The notes beneath the pieces are model-generated. The model did no database searches. It worked only from the letters and a program-made list of their open reading frames with translations, and was not told the DNA's origin. This document shows, piece by piece, positions 25,929 through 39,738 of a stretch of 64,000 nucleotides of DNA. The stretch covers positions 17,625,365 to 17,689,364 of the forward strand of contig NC_092678.1 of the NCBI RefSeq assembly GCF_964355755.1, in the 5' to 3' direction. This DNA comes from Antedon mediterranea. Taxonomy: Eukaryota; Animalia; Echinodermata. The translations under genes were made by a program, and so were the position numbers. The first letter of the stretch is position 1, and every line of letters starts with the position of its first letter.

Positions 25929-25990
25929 CTCGTCCGGGAAATGAACCCGGGGCCTCTCGCACCCAAAGCGAGAATCATACCACTAGACTA
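25928..25990 (-). pseudogene. 5'-truncated tRNA-Pro(TGG) pseudogene
   Basis: Minus strand TAGTCTAGTGGTATGATTCTCGCTTTGGGTGCGAGAGGCCCCGGGTTCATTTCCCGGACGAGC closely follows eukaryotic tRNA-Pro, but the 5' acceptor strand (GGCTCG..) is absent. Confidence 0.85.
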
Positions 25991-26040
25991 GCAATACAGG
26001 TTAATACACCATTTTTTTCAGGAAATACGTATGCAATAAA

Positions 26041-27334
26041 TGTCACACAGCCGCAATTACGGCTCTTTCGGACATGTAATATCTGGTAACCACCGGTAAA
26101 CAACGATAAATAGCCACAACTGTACACATATAAATGTAAAAGTAAATTTAATAATGATCTTTGACCACCAATTCTTCCTTCTAAAATCCAAACCCCCCTA
26201 AAAAAACCCACAAAAAAAAACCCCTAAGCAATTCTCAAACAATGATACAGTATCCCTATTCTCCCACAACTTATACACTTCCCCAAATTCCCAATCCTCC
26301 CAGACAAAATATCGACAATCTTCTTATTGTCAAATATAAATCCCAGAAACCCCCCTTCCAAATACAATAATATCACAAGATGAATAATACAATAATAAAT
26401 GTCCACAATATCGTTCCTTCTTGCCTTTTCTCCTACGCTGACACAAAACAAATTCGAAAGATAAAAGTTAAAACGATTCCGCAGCTAAACAACTCCTCTG
26501 CTCCCGTTCTGCTTGTATTCCCAATTATACTTCTTCTCAACCTGCAACTATCTTCTGACATATAAATAAATAAAATATAAAGTTAAAAATGTTTCTTGAG
26601 GTCCTTCTGCACTGCAATCCGCTCCCCGATCAATTATTTCTTTCTCCTTTTCCACGTAACATAATATCAGTATCACTAAAGTCAGTCTTCGATACTTTCA
26701 ACAAAAGCTTTCTTTAAAAGCAATTAATTCTGCTATTTCCAACAGTTATTATTCGATTTATTAACTTCATGTATCTCACTTTATTTCATTTCTGCTCCAG
26801 CTCTAGATCACCATAATTATTTCCAACTCACAATTTATTAACTTCATGTATATCACCTTATTTCGTTTCTGCTTCAGCTCTATATCACCATAATTATTTC
26901 CAACTCACAATTTACTAACTTCATGTAGATCACCTTATTTCCTTTCCGCTTCAGCTCTATATCACCATACTTCTTTCCAACCCACCATTTATTAACTTCA
27001 TATATACCACTTTACTTCCTTTCTGCTTCAACATAACATAACCCTCCTTCTCTGTCTCCTCTCAATTTTCATCTCCCTCTCAACCTTCCCTCAATTGCAC
27101 ACATACCACCACCTTATCCTTCTCAACCAATCAGCAACTCACACACCAACTCAACTCTTACACCTCTCCTCCAATCAGCAACCTCCACACACTCCTTCTC
27201 TGCACACAAACACTCTGCTCCACTGGCTTCAAACAATAGTTTCCTAAAACAAAAGAAAGGTTCAAATAATGAAAACAAAAGGAAAAGTAAGAATAACTTG
27301 CACAATAAATACAAAACTTATGTCACTTGTGACA
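26041..27334. mobile_element. Possible solo LTR
   Basis: Bounded by TGTCACA...TGTGACA, with AATAAA near the right end, strong strand asymmetry and an internal ~79-bp tandem repeat (26755-27030). No TSD or PBS seen. Confidence 0.4.
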
Positions 27335-27359
27335 CCCAGTACAGGATATATAGGGCCTA

Positions 27360-27950
27360 CACTGTTAAAAAAATTCTTATAAAAAAACTGTAAATTACTG
27401 GCAATCTGGACGCCAGTAATTTACCGTAATGTAGAATTACAGGTACTGTTGAAAATAAATTACTGTAAAACTACAGTAAATTACTGTTGGTCATAAAGTC
27501 GGTTGTCTACCGTAATGTAGAATCACAGGTACTGTTGAAAATAAATTACTGTAAAACTACAAATTACTGTTAACTTGAAAGTCGGATGTCAACTATAACG
27601 TAAAATCACAGGTACCGTTTCTAATAAATTACTACAGTATAATTACTGTTAATCTGAAAGTCTGTTTGTCAACAATAACGTAAAATCACGGGTACCATAC
27701 AACTACGTAAAATTACTGTCGATTTCAAAGGAAGTGGTCTACCATTAATGTAGAATAATGTTGATAAATAACTGTAAAACTACATTCAAATTACTGTCGA
27801 TTTCAATGGTCAATGGTAATGTAAAATCACAGGTACCGTTATTAATAAATTACTGTAAAAGATTCAGTGAATTCCAACCAAACAAAATATTACAAAAATA
27901 TAAATACCATACAAACAAAATAAATACATGCCAATAATCTTATTTCATGC
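27360..27950 (+). mobile_element. One end of a CACTG-type CMC/EnSpm element with subterminal repeats
   Basis: TA|CACTGTTAAAA terminus followed by repeated aaattactgt / aatcacaggtac motifs; no partner TIR found. Confidence 0.6.
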
Positions 27951-28019
27951 CTTATATTAAAATGACCATCAAATAAATGGAAGGTTTATTCCAGAGTACA
28001 GGACCTGGATGTGGTAGAT

Positions 28020-28195
28020 GGACACTTAACAGTAAACCACAGTAAGAATGTTGTTGATCCAATAACAGGAGTCCACACTCAAAACATAGAATCCTACTGG
28101 AATCGTGAAAAATTAAAGTTAAAAAGAATAGGTGTAAACGGGAATGGTTACCGGAATACCTTGACGAATTTATGTGGCGAGAAAGATATGGCATA
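28020..28195 (+). pseudogene. Merlin (IS1016/ISXO2-like) transposase C-terminal fragment
   Basis: HLTVNHSKNVVDPITGVHTQNIESYWNREK, then after a frameshift LPEYLDEFMWRERYG. Confidence 0.85.
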
Positions 28196-29985
28196 ATATA
28201 AATTAAACAGATTAAGTAAGTTAAAATAGTATATGTTCCTTGTGCCTTATTAAATAATGTTAAAGTCTTGTGCCTTATATTTGAATAAAGTTTGAAGAAT
28301 GTATCTTTCGATCTAACGATTTTTTTCTTGTTGTTTGTAGAGGCTATTTGCAACTGTTGAGAAAAAACCAAACATGGATGTATTTATATAAATTAAAACA
28401 TAAATTGGATATTTTATATAAATTAAAACATAAATTAAATAAGATTAAAATGTATATGAATCTTTTTCTTGATATTTTCTTGTTATTTGTAGAGGCTACT
28501 TGATTTAACATGTTAGGGCCTATAGGCTACTGTATATAGTGTAAAATACGATATAATTTACAGACACATAATAAAAGCTATAGGCTAACTACAGCAGCAG
28601 TTTTTTGTTTGTTTTTATCAAACACAGTGAAATACAAAACAATTGGCACAATGACACGAACAATAGAAGCCTCAACAAGCCTGGCACACCCAACCCAACA
28701 TATTGACTAACACCCCTATAAATAATAATGGAATAGTCCTATATTCAAATACATGCCGAAAACTCGGGTTGATCCCTAGTTTTTAATCTTTCTCAGTTTA
28801 CTTTTAATAATGCTTTGTTTTTTTACGTTTTGTTTTATATTTGAAGATATCAAATTTGTCAGTGGTTTGTCATGACAAATTATACTTTTTAAATATTTTT
28901 TTTTATGGTTTTTATGTATATTTTTAAAAAAATATAATTATGTTTATTTACTCTTGTTGCACATCTCCCTCATTGAGACTGTGCCTCTGATAAAGAGATA
29001 CAAAAAAATTCATAACATAATTAACTGTACGCCACATTAAATCTTAAAAAAAAAGTTTATATAAACTTTAGATTCTATCATCAGAACACTTCCCCTATTA
29101 TGATCAAATCATCTTTCATGTAAACTTGGCCTATTTTTCAGAAATGAATATCCTTATAGTAATACGATGAGTGGTAAGTTCAGAGCTTGGGATTTTTTTA
29201 GGAAACAATGAGTTTGAAAGAATCCCAATTTGATTGGTCAAAATTATCGCTACTTATACGTCCGCTATAGATGGCGCTTTTTTTCATACAGATAACTACA
29301 TAAACAGAACACAATTATTAATGAATAATTAATAATATTAAAGAACCAATTCTTTTAATTAATCCTTGTCTAAAAATTGTCCCCATGTATGGCAAGATAT
29401 TCCTAATTTTATCGTATATCATCTTTAATTGTCTGTACACACGAACCATGTTATCTGTATATTTAAATGATTGTTCACACAATTTATTATATCTTATGTA
29501 TTTTTATTGTTTTACTAAGTTTTATGATTGAAATGCAGTATAGATAACCAATTCGATAGTGCTTAGCACTCAAGAAAGGAAATCCCCAGGTTGCTTTGTT
29601 GCGTTGTTTGACTGCATGAAAATTTAATAAAATAATTCTGTTCGATCCTTTTCCTTCATCTATATAGATTGTGTTTTTGTAATTTATGTGTGCATGCTAT
29701 ACATGTTAGCTTCGTCTATGAATTTGTTACCGATTGGCTATTTCCTTTGATTGTTAATGCGTTGGTGGTTGGTTACAATCAGGCCTGCATATTATTTTTC
29801 AAAATTATAACATTTTAAATTTTGTTGTAAATTGATGCTTTCAATAATGATTGTAGATCATTTTCACTATTTCCAATGAGAATTTTATCGTCGGCCAAGA
29901 ATGAGTCTTTTTATCAATAAAAAATATTAATCTCTTTCTCTTTGAAATCTTTTGTAAGTTCATTTATATATAATATTAACAGAAT

Positions 29986-30008
29986 TAGAGAGAGAGAGAG
30001 AGAGAGAC
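29986..30008 (+). repeat. (GA)n microsatellite
   Basis: Directly visible. Confidence 0.9.
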
Positions 30009-30189
30009 AGCCTTTGTGGGTTGAAAAAAATGGATAATTTTCAATATAAATCCAAATTACTGAAAAAAAGACAATGCTGTGGGTATCAGTGTGGCTGTGG
30101 GTATCAGTGGCTTGATCTTAATAAAGATACAAAATAATATAAACAAAAAGCTAAATCTAAACGATACAATTTAAACAACTAGACAAAAT

Positions 30190-30230
30190 TAGCAGAGCTT
30201 TCGGGAAAAACTAGCCCTTCATCAGTGTGT
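30190..30230 (-). ncRNA. Minimal Penelope-type hammerhead ribozyme remnant
   Basis: Minus strand acaca-CUGAUGA-A-GGG-cuaguuuuu-CCC-GAAAGCUC-ugcu; palindromic stem III, weak stem I. Confidence 0.55.
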
Positions 30231-31129
30231 AGAAATCAAGCGCTACCTGAGTGGACTGGAATAAAAGAAATAAAACAAAAGAGGCATAATGCTGGTGAAA
30301 AGAGTGAGATTAGAAAACAATAAAGATAGCTTGGTATATATAAACAATTTAGAAATTGAATTAAAAATCAACTCAAATGGTGGTTAATATTGAAATTATT
30401 AAATTTAGGTAGTCGATGGAATAATTTTACCGATCTGGGAATATGTTCCTAATGTTAAGTCAAAATATTTCGTGGTTTTAAGTAGTAATTCCAAGTGGTT
30501 TTCATGGTCTGCCCTGTCGTGAAAGAACATCTCAATTGACACATTTTAAAAAAGCTTTTTGGGCAATTTAGGGAATGATACACCTTGTGGTGCATTCGGA
30601 TTTTCAATTACTTGCAATTATTGTTCATTCCGGATGATAACAAAAACACGTTTGGTTGATTATCTGAAAATTATGCAGTATGCAGTTGAGAGGTTATTTC
30701 ATGACGGGGCAGAAATGTAGGCTAATAATAATTTGTTTTGCACAATGCATGGTTAATATTAAACATCTTTTTTTATGCGAGTCTTCCTTATTACTTTCAT
30801 TTAAACGAAACACAATTAAGTCACCTATGTGCGCTCACTTTGCTTTTTCACTTTGCAATGTTATCGATAACTTTAAACGAAGGGAGCCAACCGAAGCGCA
30901 CCCGCATCATTTGGACGCAATCATAATGGGTTTTTGGACCGATGTCTTATTAACGTTCCCTTTTGTAATGAAAATTATGTATAAAGGGGTTTTTTTCGGA
31001 CCGACATAAAAGTAATTCGAGATTCATGACATTTTTCGTTCTTTAATTTTTAAATGCCAAGGAGAACTAAAATTAGCAAAAGTATAGTCACGCGAGGGTT
31101 TATGAGTGCTATAGGATCAAGTACAGCAC

Positions 31130-32220
31130 GTTAGTAAATCAGGAAAGGTATGGATGATTTGTATAATGATATTGTTTGTGCTCTATCTAGTGCCTCCAAA
31201 ATGTGTTTTAAAAATAAGAAAATAAAAAATGGGACCCACATTCCAGGGTGGAATGAAAATGTCGCAGAATGCCATAATGTGGCTAGAGAATCATTCCTTC
31301 TATGGGTTAATAATGGAAAGCCTAAATCTGGTTCATTATTTGAGGCGATGCGTTTTAAATGACAAGATCTCAATTTAAAATGAGTTTACGCTAGTGTAAA
31401 TCAGAAGAAGAACAGCATAGGGCTGATTCTATGGTTAAGTCTTTATTAAAAAATGATTATGCTGATTTGTGGAAAAGGTTTATAAGTCTAAATCATGTAC
31501 TCCTGTTCTTACTTCTTCTTTCTTGGAAATTTAAGAAATACTTACAGAATCTTTGGATAATGTTAATGGTGAATATGATAATTATAAGTAACCACTGGGC
31601 AGCTCATTTTGAGGAGCTGTTTAATTGTGTTCATAATGATAGTAATAAGGATTATGTTCACAGTATACTTGTTAATTGTAATGATGATTGTGGTTGTGAG
31701 GTAAATGTCCAACAGGTAGCGGGCATTATTAAAGATTTATCTAGTGATAAATTGTTCCGATTTTAAAATCTAAATCAGGTGATATTACGAGTAAAAGCAA
31801 TTAGGCCTATAGCTTTAGCTAGTGTGGTATCTAAGGTACTAGAATTTGTATTAATTAAATTCTCCGGAGATAGCCTTAAGTCATCTGACCATCAGTTTGC
31901 GTTTAAATCGGGTCACTCCACAGATACATGTATATTAGTCTTAAAACAAGTTGTTGCATTTTATACTCGGCAAAATAGCCCTGTATATGCTTGCTTTCTT
32001 GATGCCTCTAAGGCATATGACAGATTAAATAACTGGACTCTTTTTTAAAAATTGTTAAACAGAAAGATGCCAACCGCAATTGTAAAATTGTTATCGTGTT
32101 GGTACTCACAGCAACAGTTTTGTATTAAATGGGGAAGATCTATCTCCCGATGGTTCTATGTAAGAAACGGAGTGCGACAGGGTGGAATCATGTATCCGTT
32201 ACTGTATAATGTTTACATTT
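31130..32220 (+). pseudogene. Degenerate non-LTR retrotransposon (L2/CR1-group) ORF2 fragment
   Basis: PGWNENV, RPIALASVVSKVLE, QFAFKSGHST, FLDASKAYD and NGVRQGGIMYPLLYNVY in order across broken ORFs. Confidence 0.85.
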
Positions 32221-35200
32221 CCCAAGAACCAGTGGGAATATTAAAAGAAAGCCGATCACGCTTACTAACATCTTTTAAACGGAGTTTTGGACGACGATAT
32301 CAAATGCCTGTTGCCACTGAATTGGACTGTGACTTTCATATCTTGTTTTTACGTGATATTAGGATTTATTGCTAAAAATCATATACAGTATAACCAAAGT
32401 TAAATATAAACTATGAAATATGAGTCTATGAAACATTTTAATTAACGCTTGAACTTTTTTTAAATTAATGTGATTGTAAATAGGGGCCTACCTGATTTGT
32501 ATTAAAATGTTTCTATACTTATCAATTATTCCTTATATTCATCTGAATATAAAACAAAAGTCTACTTCCGAATTGGCAGGGTCGGAGTCACTATAATGTA
32601 ATTAGCTACCCCATTTGGACGGAAAATAATAATAATAATAATAACGTTCAAATTACTAATATAATGTTCAGATACTTTAGTCTAATACCACCTCAGCCCG
32701 ACCATGGGGTTGGTTAGAGCATTTTTTAGGAATATGGACATAGCTTAGATTGCTAGCAATTCCACTATTAACTCTTGATAATATCACAGATAAGTTTAAA
32801 GTTTTAAAAAACCGCTGATTATAGTTTCAAGCAATAAATAGATAGGACTGGACATGCCCTCTAGAGTAAAACTAGGTAAAACTATAGGAATCCATCCCAA
32901 AAACGTATTGGATTTGTTTCCGTTTAAAAAACTTTTCATTTACAATAATTTTTAGTTCATACATTAAATGCCAAGGAAAACTAAATTTAGCAATATTATT
33001 TGTTTAGGAGTGCAAATAAAAGTGAAAACTATAGACAAGATGTAAAGTAGTCTAATGTACCGTTTCTTCGATAATCTTAATTTTACCTATACCTATACCT
33101 TTATTCAGACATTCCGGATTTTTAATCCTCTCAAAAATAATGTTAGCTAAAAGTAAGAGTGCATTGCCTGGTCTATATTCCTGAAAAAAGTTTTGTCGTC
33201 TCTCGATTTTATGATGCTGTGTCCGATTCTATAAATACGTTTTATATTAACACTGGCAGTATTTATCTATATTAACGAACACATCCCTTTTTACTTTCCG
33301 TACGTTTGAACCTTCTGAACATAGTCTGGTTATACTGAGATTGTTTATCTAATTGAATTCGTATCATATATTACGTAATATTAGGATATATTGCTAAGAA
33401 TCAAGAAGTAAATAATTGTTCGGGTTGAGTGCTATAGGATAGAATTACAGTTATGAAAAATGTAACGAACAATACACTTTAGAAGTTGTTTAAATACCTA
33501 TATTCGTGTCATTGATATTACACGATTGCGACATGAATTTTCATCAAAGTATCATACATTAAAAGTTATGCTGGTGATTGTAAATGAAAGCTCTTTTAAA
33601 TGGCAACCATATACCATACGTTTCTTATAGACCTAATCCGTTAGAAAATTAAAATACTTTTAAAACTTTTAATTTGCATCTCCTATTTAGGCATCAAAAC
33701 TTATTGTGTGTTGTCCCTTAGATGGAAACCAGGCAATCTAGCACAAAAAATAATTTCGTAATTATATACTGTAGGCCTAGTGTATATATTAATATAAATC
33801 ACTCGAATAATGACAATACAAGTTATTGCCTATTTCCTATCGAAGTTAAAAGTTCTTCTGTATGACTAAGATACAGTCACTAAAGGCAATATTGTATGTA
33901 TGTTACAAGCCCGTACTTCATCATTCAACATAATTAATAATTTCGCCATGCAAACTTCGAAGTGTTTTTTTGTATACTTTACTAAGTACTTTCCATGTAT
34001 TTTAAATAGTCAATTAAGCTAAGAATATAGAGCACCGTGTTTTTATAGGTTCAGCTTTTAAATCGGTAACGAGTCGGTGACAAACCGAACGGATCATCCA
34101 GGATTTCTGAAAAGTATGGCCAAGTGCGCTCCCTTTGCGAAGTATTATACGGAGGCGTGTCTATTTTTGTTTTCGTATCTAATGTTGGCTTTAAAAACAT
34201 GTCCGCCCCGTCGGAATATTGTCGATATAAAGTGATGGAGGTTCAGACGTTCTGTGGTACATTTAAATTGTATTATTTGTATTCCCTCTTTAAACTTCAT
34301 CTTAATTTCAATATAATGATATCAATTAAGTAATATTGTTTACTTAGAAGCGTGCCAGTTATTCAGCACTGAAGAAAACAAAATCAGAAAAATGTAAACA
34401 CATGTTACCATGTTTTTTTAAAACATTAATAAAGCTAAGTGTGGTAATTAATGACATGTAAAGCACATTTTAGCATGAGGAAGTGAAAATATGGAGGGAA
34501 AGAAAACATAAAGTGTAGACACAGATATCACCTCACAAGCAATCTATTGCTGACCCAGTGTGAAGCTAGAAATCAAGAGTTGTTCCAGCTCCCCAATTAT
34601 TGTGGTCCCTTTATTTATAAAACTTGAAAAGCAGAAAAAAGAGGAGGAGGTGTATGTTTGTTTGTTGGCAGACTATAACGCTGGTTCAGATTTTAAGTTA
34701 AGTTTATCTTACTGACGGATAACGCTAATAATGTACGTACCACAACATTAGGTAACCGATACGTCACCATTATAACACGTGTGAATAAAGAACAAGTGCT
34801 ATTCCACTGTACGGAAGGATAGCTACCCGATGCCTCTCATAATAATATTATTTTTCATTCAATAACATATACTAATAATGATAATAATAATTTACTTTAA
34901 AACAAACGAAAGGTTGTAGTCAAGAAGCAGGAAACTGCATGTGCCTTTAGACATAAACAGGTACCACCGTACGAGAATCGGGTGTCCAACGGACGAGTAC
35001 CATGTGTGTATTTCGGAAACAAAGCTATTATAAAGTGTACAGATTTTACAGACTATGTCTACGACACATAATCTGTTGTATGACAAGAATTAATGAGTAT
35101 GAGTCCGATAATTGTACAGAGCATCAAACAACTACATGTGGATTATTAAACATTTTGACAAACATGGCGTTTCATACGTATGGTACGTGTACACACTGTA

Positions 35201-36479
35201 TAGAAAACATCGAAACGCGACAACAGAAAAAAGACAATATTACAGAGACTTAGGACAAGTCTATACAGTATTAACATACAGTATTGAAATTGATGAAGCA
35301 AAAGCAGAAAATGCACCTTGATCTATGGTAGTTATATTTTTATAGGGTAAATACCTGCAAAAATTGAAAAAAAAAGACAAACATTTTAAACGGATTGATT
35401 TAAAACAATATTAATAATAATACTGTATAACAATACAATAAATAGATAACCACTACATTTGTCTGCTATATTTCACAGTACAGTTATTTGTATTCAGCAT
35501 TTCAGTGGGCAATTTAGACTTCGTTTGGCACTCGAAAAAATGTCAAATGAAAGGCAAGCTAATATTGCCATGAGGAGGTGCAAATCTGAGGGAAAGAAAA
35601 TATAAAGTGTACAATTCCAAACAGATATCACCTCAACTTTATTTATAAAACTTGAAAATCAGAAAAAAAGAGGAGAAGGTAGTGTATTATTTGTGGTTGT
35701 TGCCAGATGCCTAAACTCTAGAAAATGATAAATTAAGTTTATCTTACGGACGGATAACGCTAATAATAACAATTATTAATTCATAGTTATGCTTTATAGC
35801 TTTTTGAGGTTTTTTTTCGTGCACTTAGAAGAACTTATTTAAAGTGCATTTTAAGTATTGTTTTTCTTCTAGATTATTTCAGTCATCACAATAGTTAATG
35901 TTTGTTTTATTTGGAGGTTCAGACTTAAACACAAAGTACAAATGTATATAGTGCACTATGCTGTGTGAAATAAAACTGAAACTGAATGTACATACCACCA
36001 CATTAGGTAACCGATGCGCCCTCATTATGACGTTTTTTATAAGAGAAAGATACAAACCGTGTGTTGCGCGTGCGAATAAAGAACAAGTGCAGCTATTCCA
36101 ACGTACGGAGGGAAAGATAACCAATGCCTCTCATAACAACATTTTTTTTCATTTAATAATATTTACTAATAATGATAATAACAACTAGATTTGAACTCGT
36201 CTATGGACGAGTTAGGTTATCCACAGCGCAAACGCCACGTGCACGTCATACTTTAGAATATTGCGCACAGAAAAACGATTATGGCATTGAAAAATTGTTA
36301 GTGTGCTCTCTATTTTGTGTCACGTCTAACTAATACACAGCAAAATTTGAAATTCTAAGCAAGAAAAAAAAATCTTGTTTTAAGAAAAAATTCTTAAAAT
36401 AAGTATTTTTTTTCTTGTCAAGATTTAAAATTACTTAAAACAAGAAATAATTTTCTAGAAAAGACACATTTTCTTAAAT

Positions 36480-38410
36480 TAAGTTTTGCAATATTCTTGA
36501 AAATGCTTATTACAAGAAATATTTTACTTAAAATAAGAGGTCAATATCATTCTCTTCTTATTAAGAATATTTTTGCTTAAAACAAGATTTGAAAATACTT
36601 AATTTGAAAAGTATTTTACTTAAAATAAGAAATCTATATTATATTTATCCCTATCAAGAATAATTTTTCTTAAATCAAGATTGATGAATTATAAAAATTA
36701 CTTAAAACAATCAATATTTTTCTAGGTAAGACAAAGTTTCTTAAATTAGGTTTCGCAATAGTCTTGAAAATACTTGTTTTGAGAAATATTTTACTTAAAA
36801 TAAGAAGTCAATTTCACACTACCCTTATCAAGATTATTTTTACTTGAATCAAGATTCGCAATATTCTTGAAAATGCTTATTACAAGAAATATTTTACTTA
36901 AAATAAGAAGTCAATATCATTCTCTTCTTATTAAGAATAGTTTTGCTTAAAACAAGATTAGAAAATACTTAATTTGAAAAGTATTTTACTTAAAATAAGA
37001 AATCAATATTATATTTATCCCTATCAAGAATAATTTTTCTTAAATCAAGATTGATGAATTCTAAAAATTACTTAAAACAATAAATATTTTTCTAGGTAAG
37101 ACAAAGTTTCTTAAATTAGGTTTCACAATATTCTTAAAAATACTTATTTTGAGAAATGTTTTACTTAAAATAAGAAGTCAATATCATACTATCTTATCAA
37201 GACTATTTTTGCTTAAATTGAGATTCGCAATATTTTTAAAAATACTTATTTTGAGAAATGTTTTACTTAAAATAAGAAGTCAATATCATACTATCTTATC
37301 AAGACTATTTTTACTTGAATCAAGATTCGCAATATTCTAAAAAATACTTATTTCGAGAAATGTTTTACTTAAAAGAAGAAGTCAATATCATACTATCTTA
37401 TCAAGACTATTTTTGCTTAAATTGAGATTCGCAATATTTTAAAAAATACTTATTTTGAAAAATGTTTTACTTAAAATAAGAAGTCAATATCATACTATCC
37501 TATCAAGACTATTTTTGCTTGAATTCAGATTCGCAATATTCTGATTTTGAGAAATGTTTTACTTAAAATAAGAAGTCAATATCATACTATCTTATCAAGA
37601 CTATTTTTACTTGAATCAAGATTCGCAATATTCTTTAAAATACTTATTTTGAGAAATGTTTTACTTAAAATAAGAAGTCAATATCATACTATATTATCAA
37701 GACTATTTTTGCTTAAATTGAGATTCGCAATATTTTTAAAAATACTTATTTTGAGAAATGTTTTACTTAAAATAAGAAGTCAATATCATACTATCTTATC
37801 AAGACTATTTTTACTTGAATCAAGATTCGCAATATTCTTAAAAATACTTATTTCGAGAAATGTTTTACTTAAAATAAGAAGTTAATATCATACTACAGTA
37901 TCTTATCAAGACTATTTTTGCTTAAATTGAGATTCGCAATATTTAAAAAAATACTTATTTTGAAAAATGTTTTACTTAAAATAAGAAGTCAATATCATAC
38001 TACAGTATCCTATCAAGACTATTTTTGCTTGAATTCAGATTCGCAATATTCTGATTTTGAGAAATGTTTTACTTAAAATAAGAAGTCAATATCATACTAT
38101 CTTATCAAGACTATTTTTACTTGAATCAAGATTCGCAATATTTTTTTAAATACTTATTTTGAGAAATGTTTTACTTAAAATAAGAAGTCAATATCATACT
38201 ATCTTATCAAGACTATTTTTGCTTAAATTGAGATTCGCAATATTTTAAAAAATACTTATTTTGAGAAATGTTTTACTTACTGTAAGATAAGAAGTCAATA
38301 TCATACTATATCCTATCAAGACTATTTTTGCTTGAATTGAAGTCAATTCTATTTTAATATTCTTAAAAATACTTATTTTGATAAATGTTTTACTTAAAAT
38401 AGATTGTCAA
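36480..38410 (+). repeat. Subterminal array of 102-bp units
   Basis: ttgagaaatgttttacttaaaataagaagtcaatatc recurs at 37149, 37251 and onward; outer units are more diverged. Confidence 0.9.
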
Positions 38411-38419
38411 TATCCTTAT

Positions 38420-39330
38420 ATTCACACAACGGTAGAGCAGTTAGCACTTCAGTTTCAACTGATGAAAGAATCTGGGTAATCAAACTGTTCGTGCTTTGAA
38501 TAATCGATTGCACTGCAACCACCTAAAGAAAATAATATTGATTTAATATTTTTTATATTCAAGTTTTAATATGTTTAAAAACTAAGTTGTGCTTTAGTTG
38601 GGGAGCTATGCAGCCTAACAAAAAAAATGTTATTTGTAACAATGAAATTGGTCACAAAAAAATGCAACATAAACTTAGAGTGTATAATGCCTAGGCCTAG
38701 GCCTAGTACCCAAGTCCTATAGTTACTATAGCTAATAGTCCTGTATATAACAGTACCAGCAAGGCCTAGGAAATAGACGTATTTCTCTAATAAAAAATAG
38801 TTTAAAATGCATAATTGTTGTAATTTTAAAGCAAAATGGCTTACCTGTGGAATCTTGTTTCTCTCCTTTAATTTTAGTAGAAAGAAATCAGCATTTTTTA
38901 TACTATTATCTGCTTGTTCATCCTCTAGTTAGTAGGCCTTCTTGCTGAGCATCAACAAGATAATTAATATTAAACAATCATTAACAGTATAACAATACTA
39001 GAATTATCACTACTACTATCGTCAGTTGATAAATCATCCCCGTTATAATAGTTTTTTTCTTCATTAACTTCGTCAGTCTCCTAGTCTAGGCCTAGTTCTA
39101 CTTCATCCTCAATTGGCATCCTCGTTTTCTCCAGGCATACTTATTACTGATGTTTCCATCGTCAACTGCAGGAGGTTGCCGATTGTTATACTCGTCCTTA
39201 AAATGGCGTCTTATGACATGCTTGTAAAACGAATTGTAAATTTCAAAGCTTGCCGGGCAGACAGCGAACCACCAATTCCACATGTTACTCGAAAATTCGG
39301 AGTATTTCCATGAATTGAATTATAATGCCT
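38420..39330 (-). pseudogene. N-terminal remnant of an EnSpm-type transposase (C2H2 zinc finger)
   Basis: HGNTPNFRVTCGIGG/CPASFEIYNSFYKHVIRRH, then ADFFLLKLKERNKIPQ|gt..ag|VAVQSIIQSTNSLI; the catalytic core is deleted. Confidence 0.7.
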
Positions 39331-39738
39331 TAGCAAATAGGGTAGCAAATACTGTACCTACTTCAGTTTACTGGCACCAACTTATCGCTTTTTTTCGGAC
39401 TGCAACAAACATGTGTCATTATTATTGTCTGTCGTATTACTGTTAGTCCAGACGTTTTACAGATTTGCTTTAACCACCATGGAGGTTTATACCTCCATGC
39501 TTTAACGTTGAGCAGTATAATGACCTTATACATTCTGGGTAAAAGGCCAGCGATAAATTTTTGGTTATAGTTGAAAAACAACACTGTGTGTGGTCGATGA
39601 CCTAGCTCCCGGCGGGATCATGGCCAACGGTTTTTTAAAGTAATCATTCAAAATCTAGAGTTTGTAAGTAAAAGACACCTTTCATCGCAATTTATATATT
39701 AAATGCTTCAATAGGCCTAGTAAGATTAGTCTAATATA

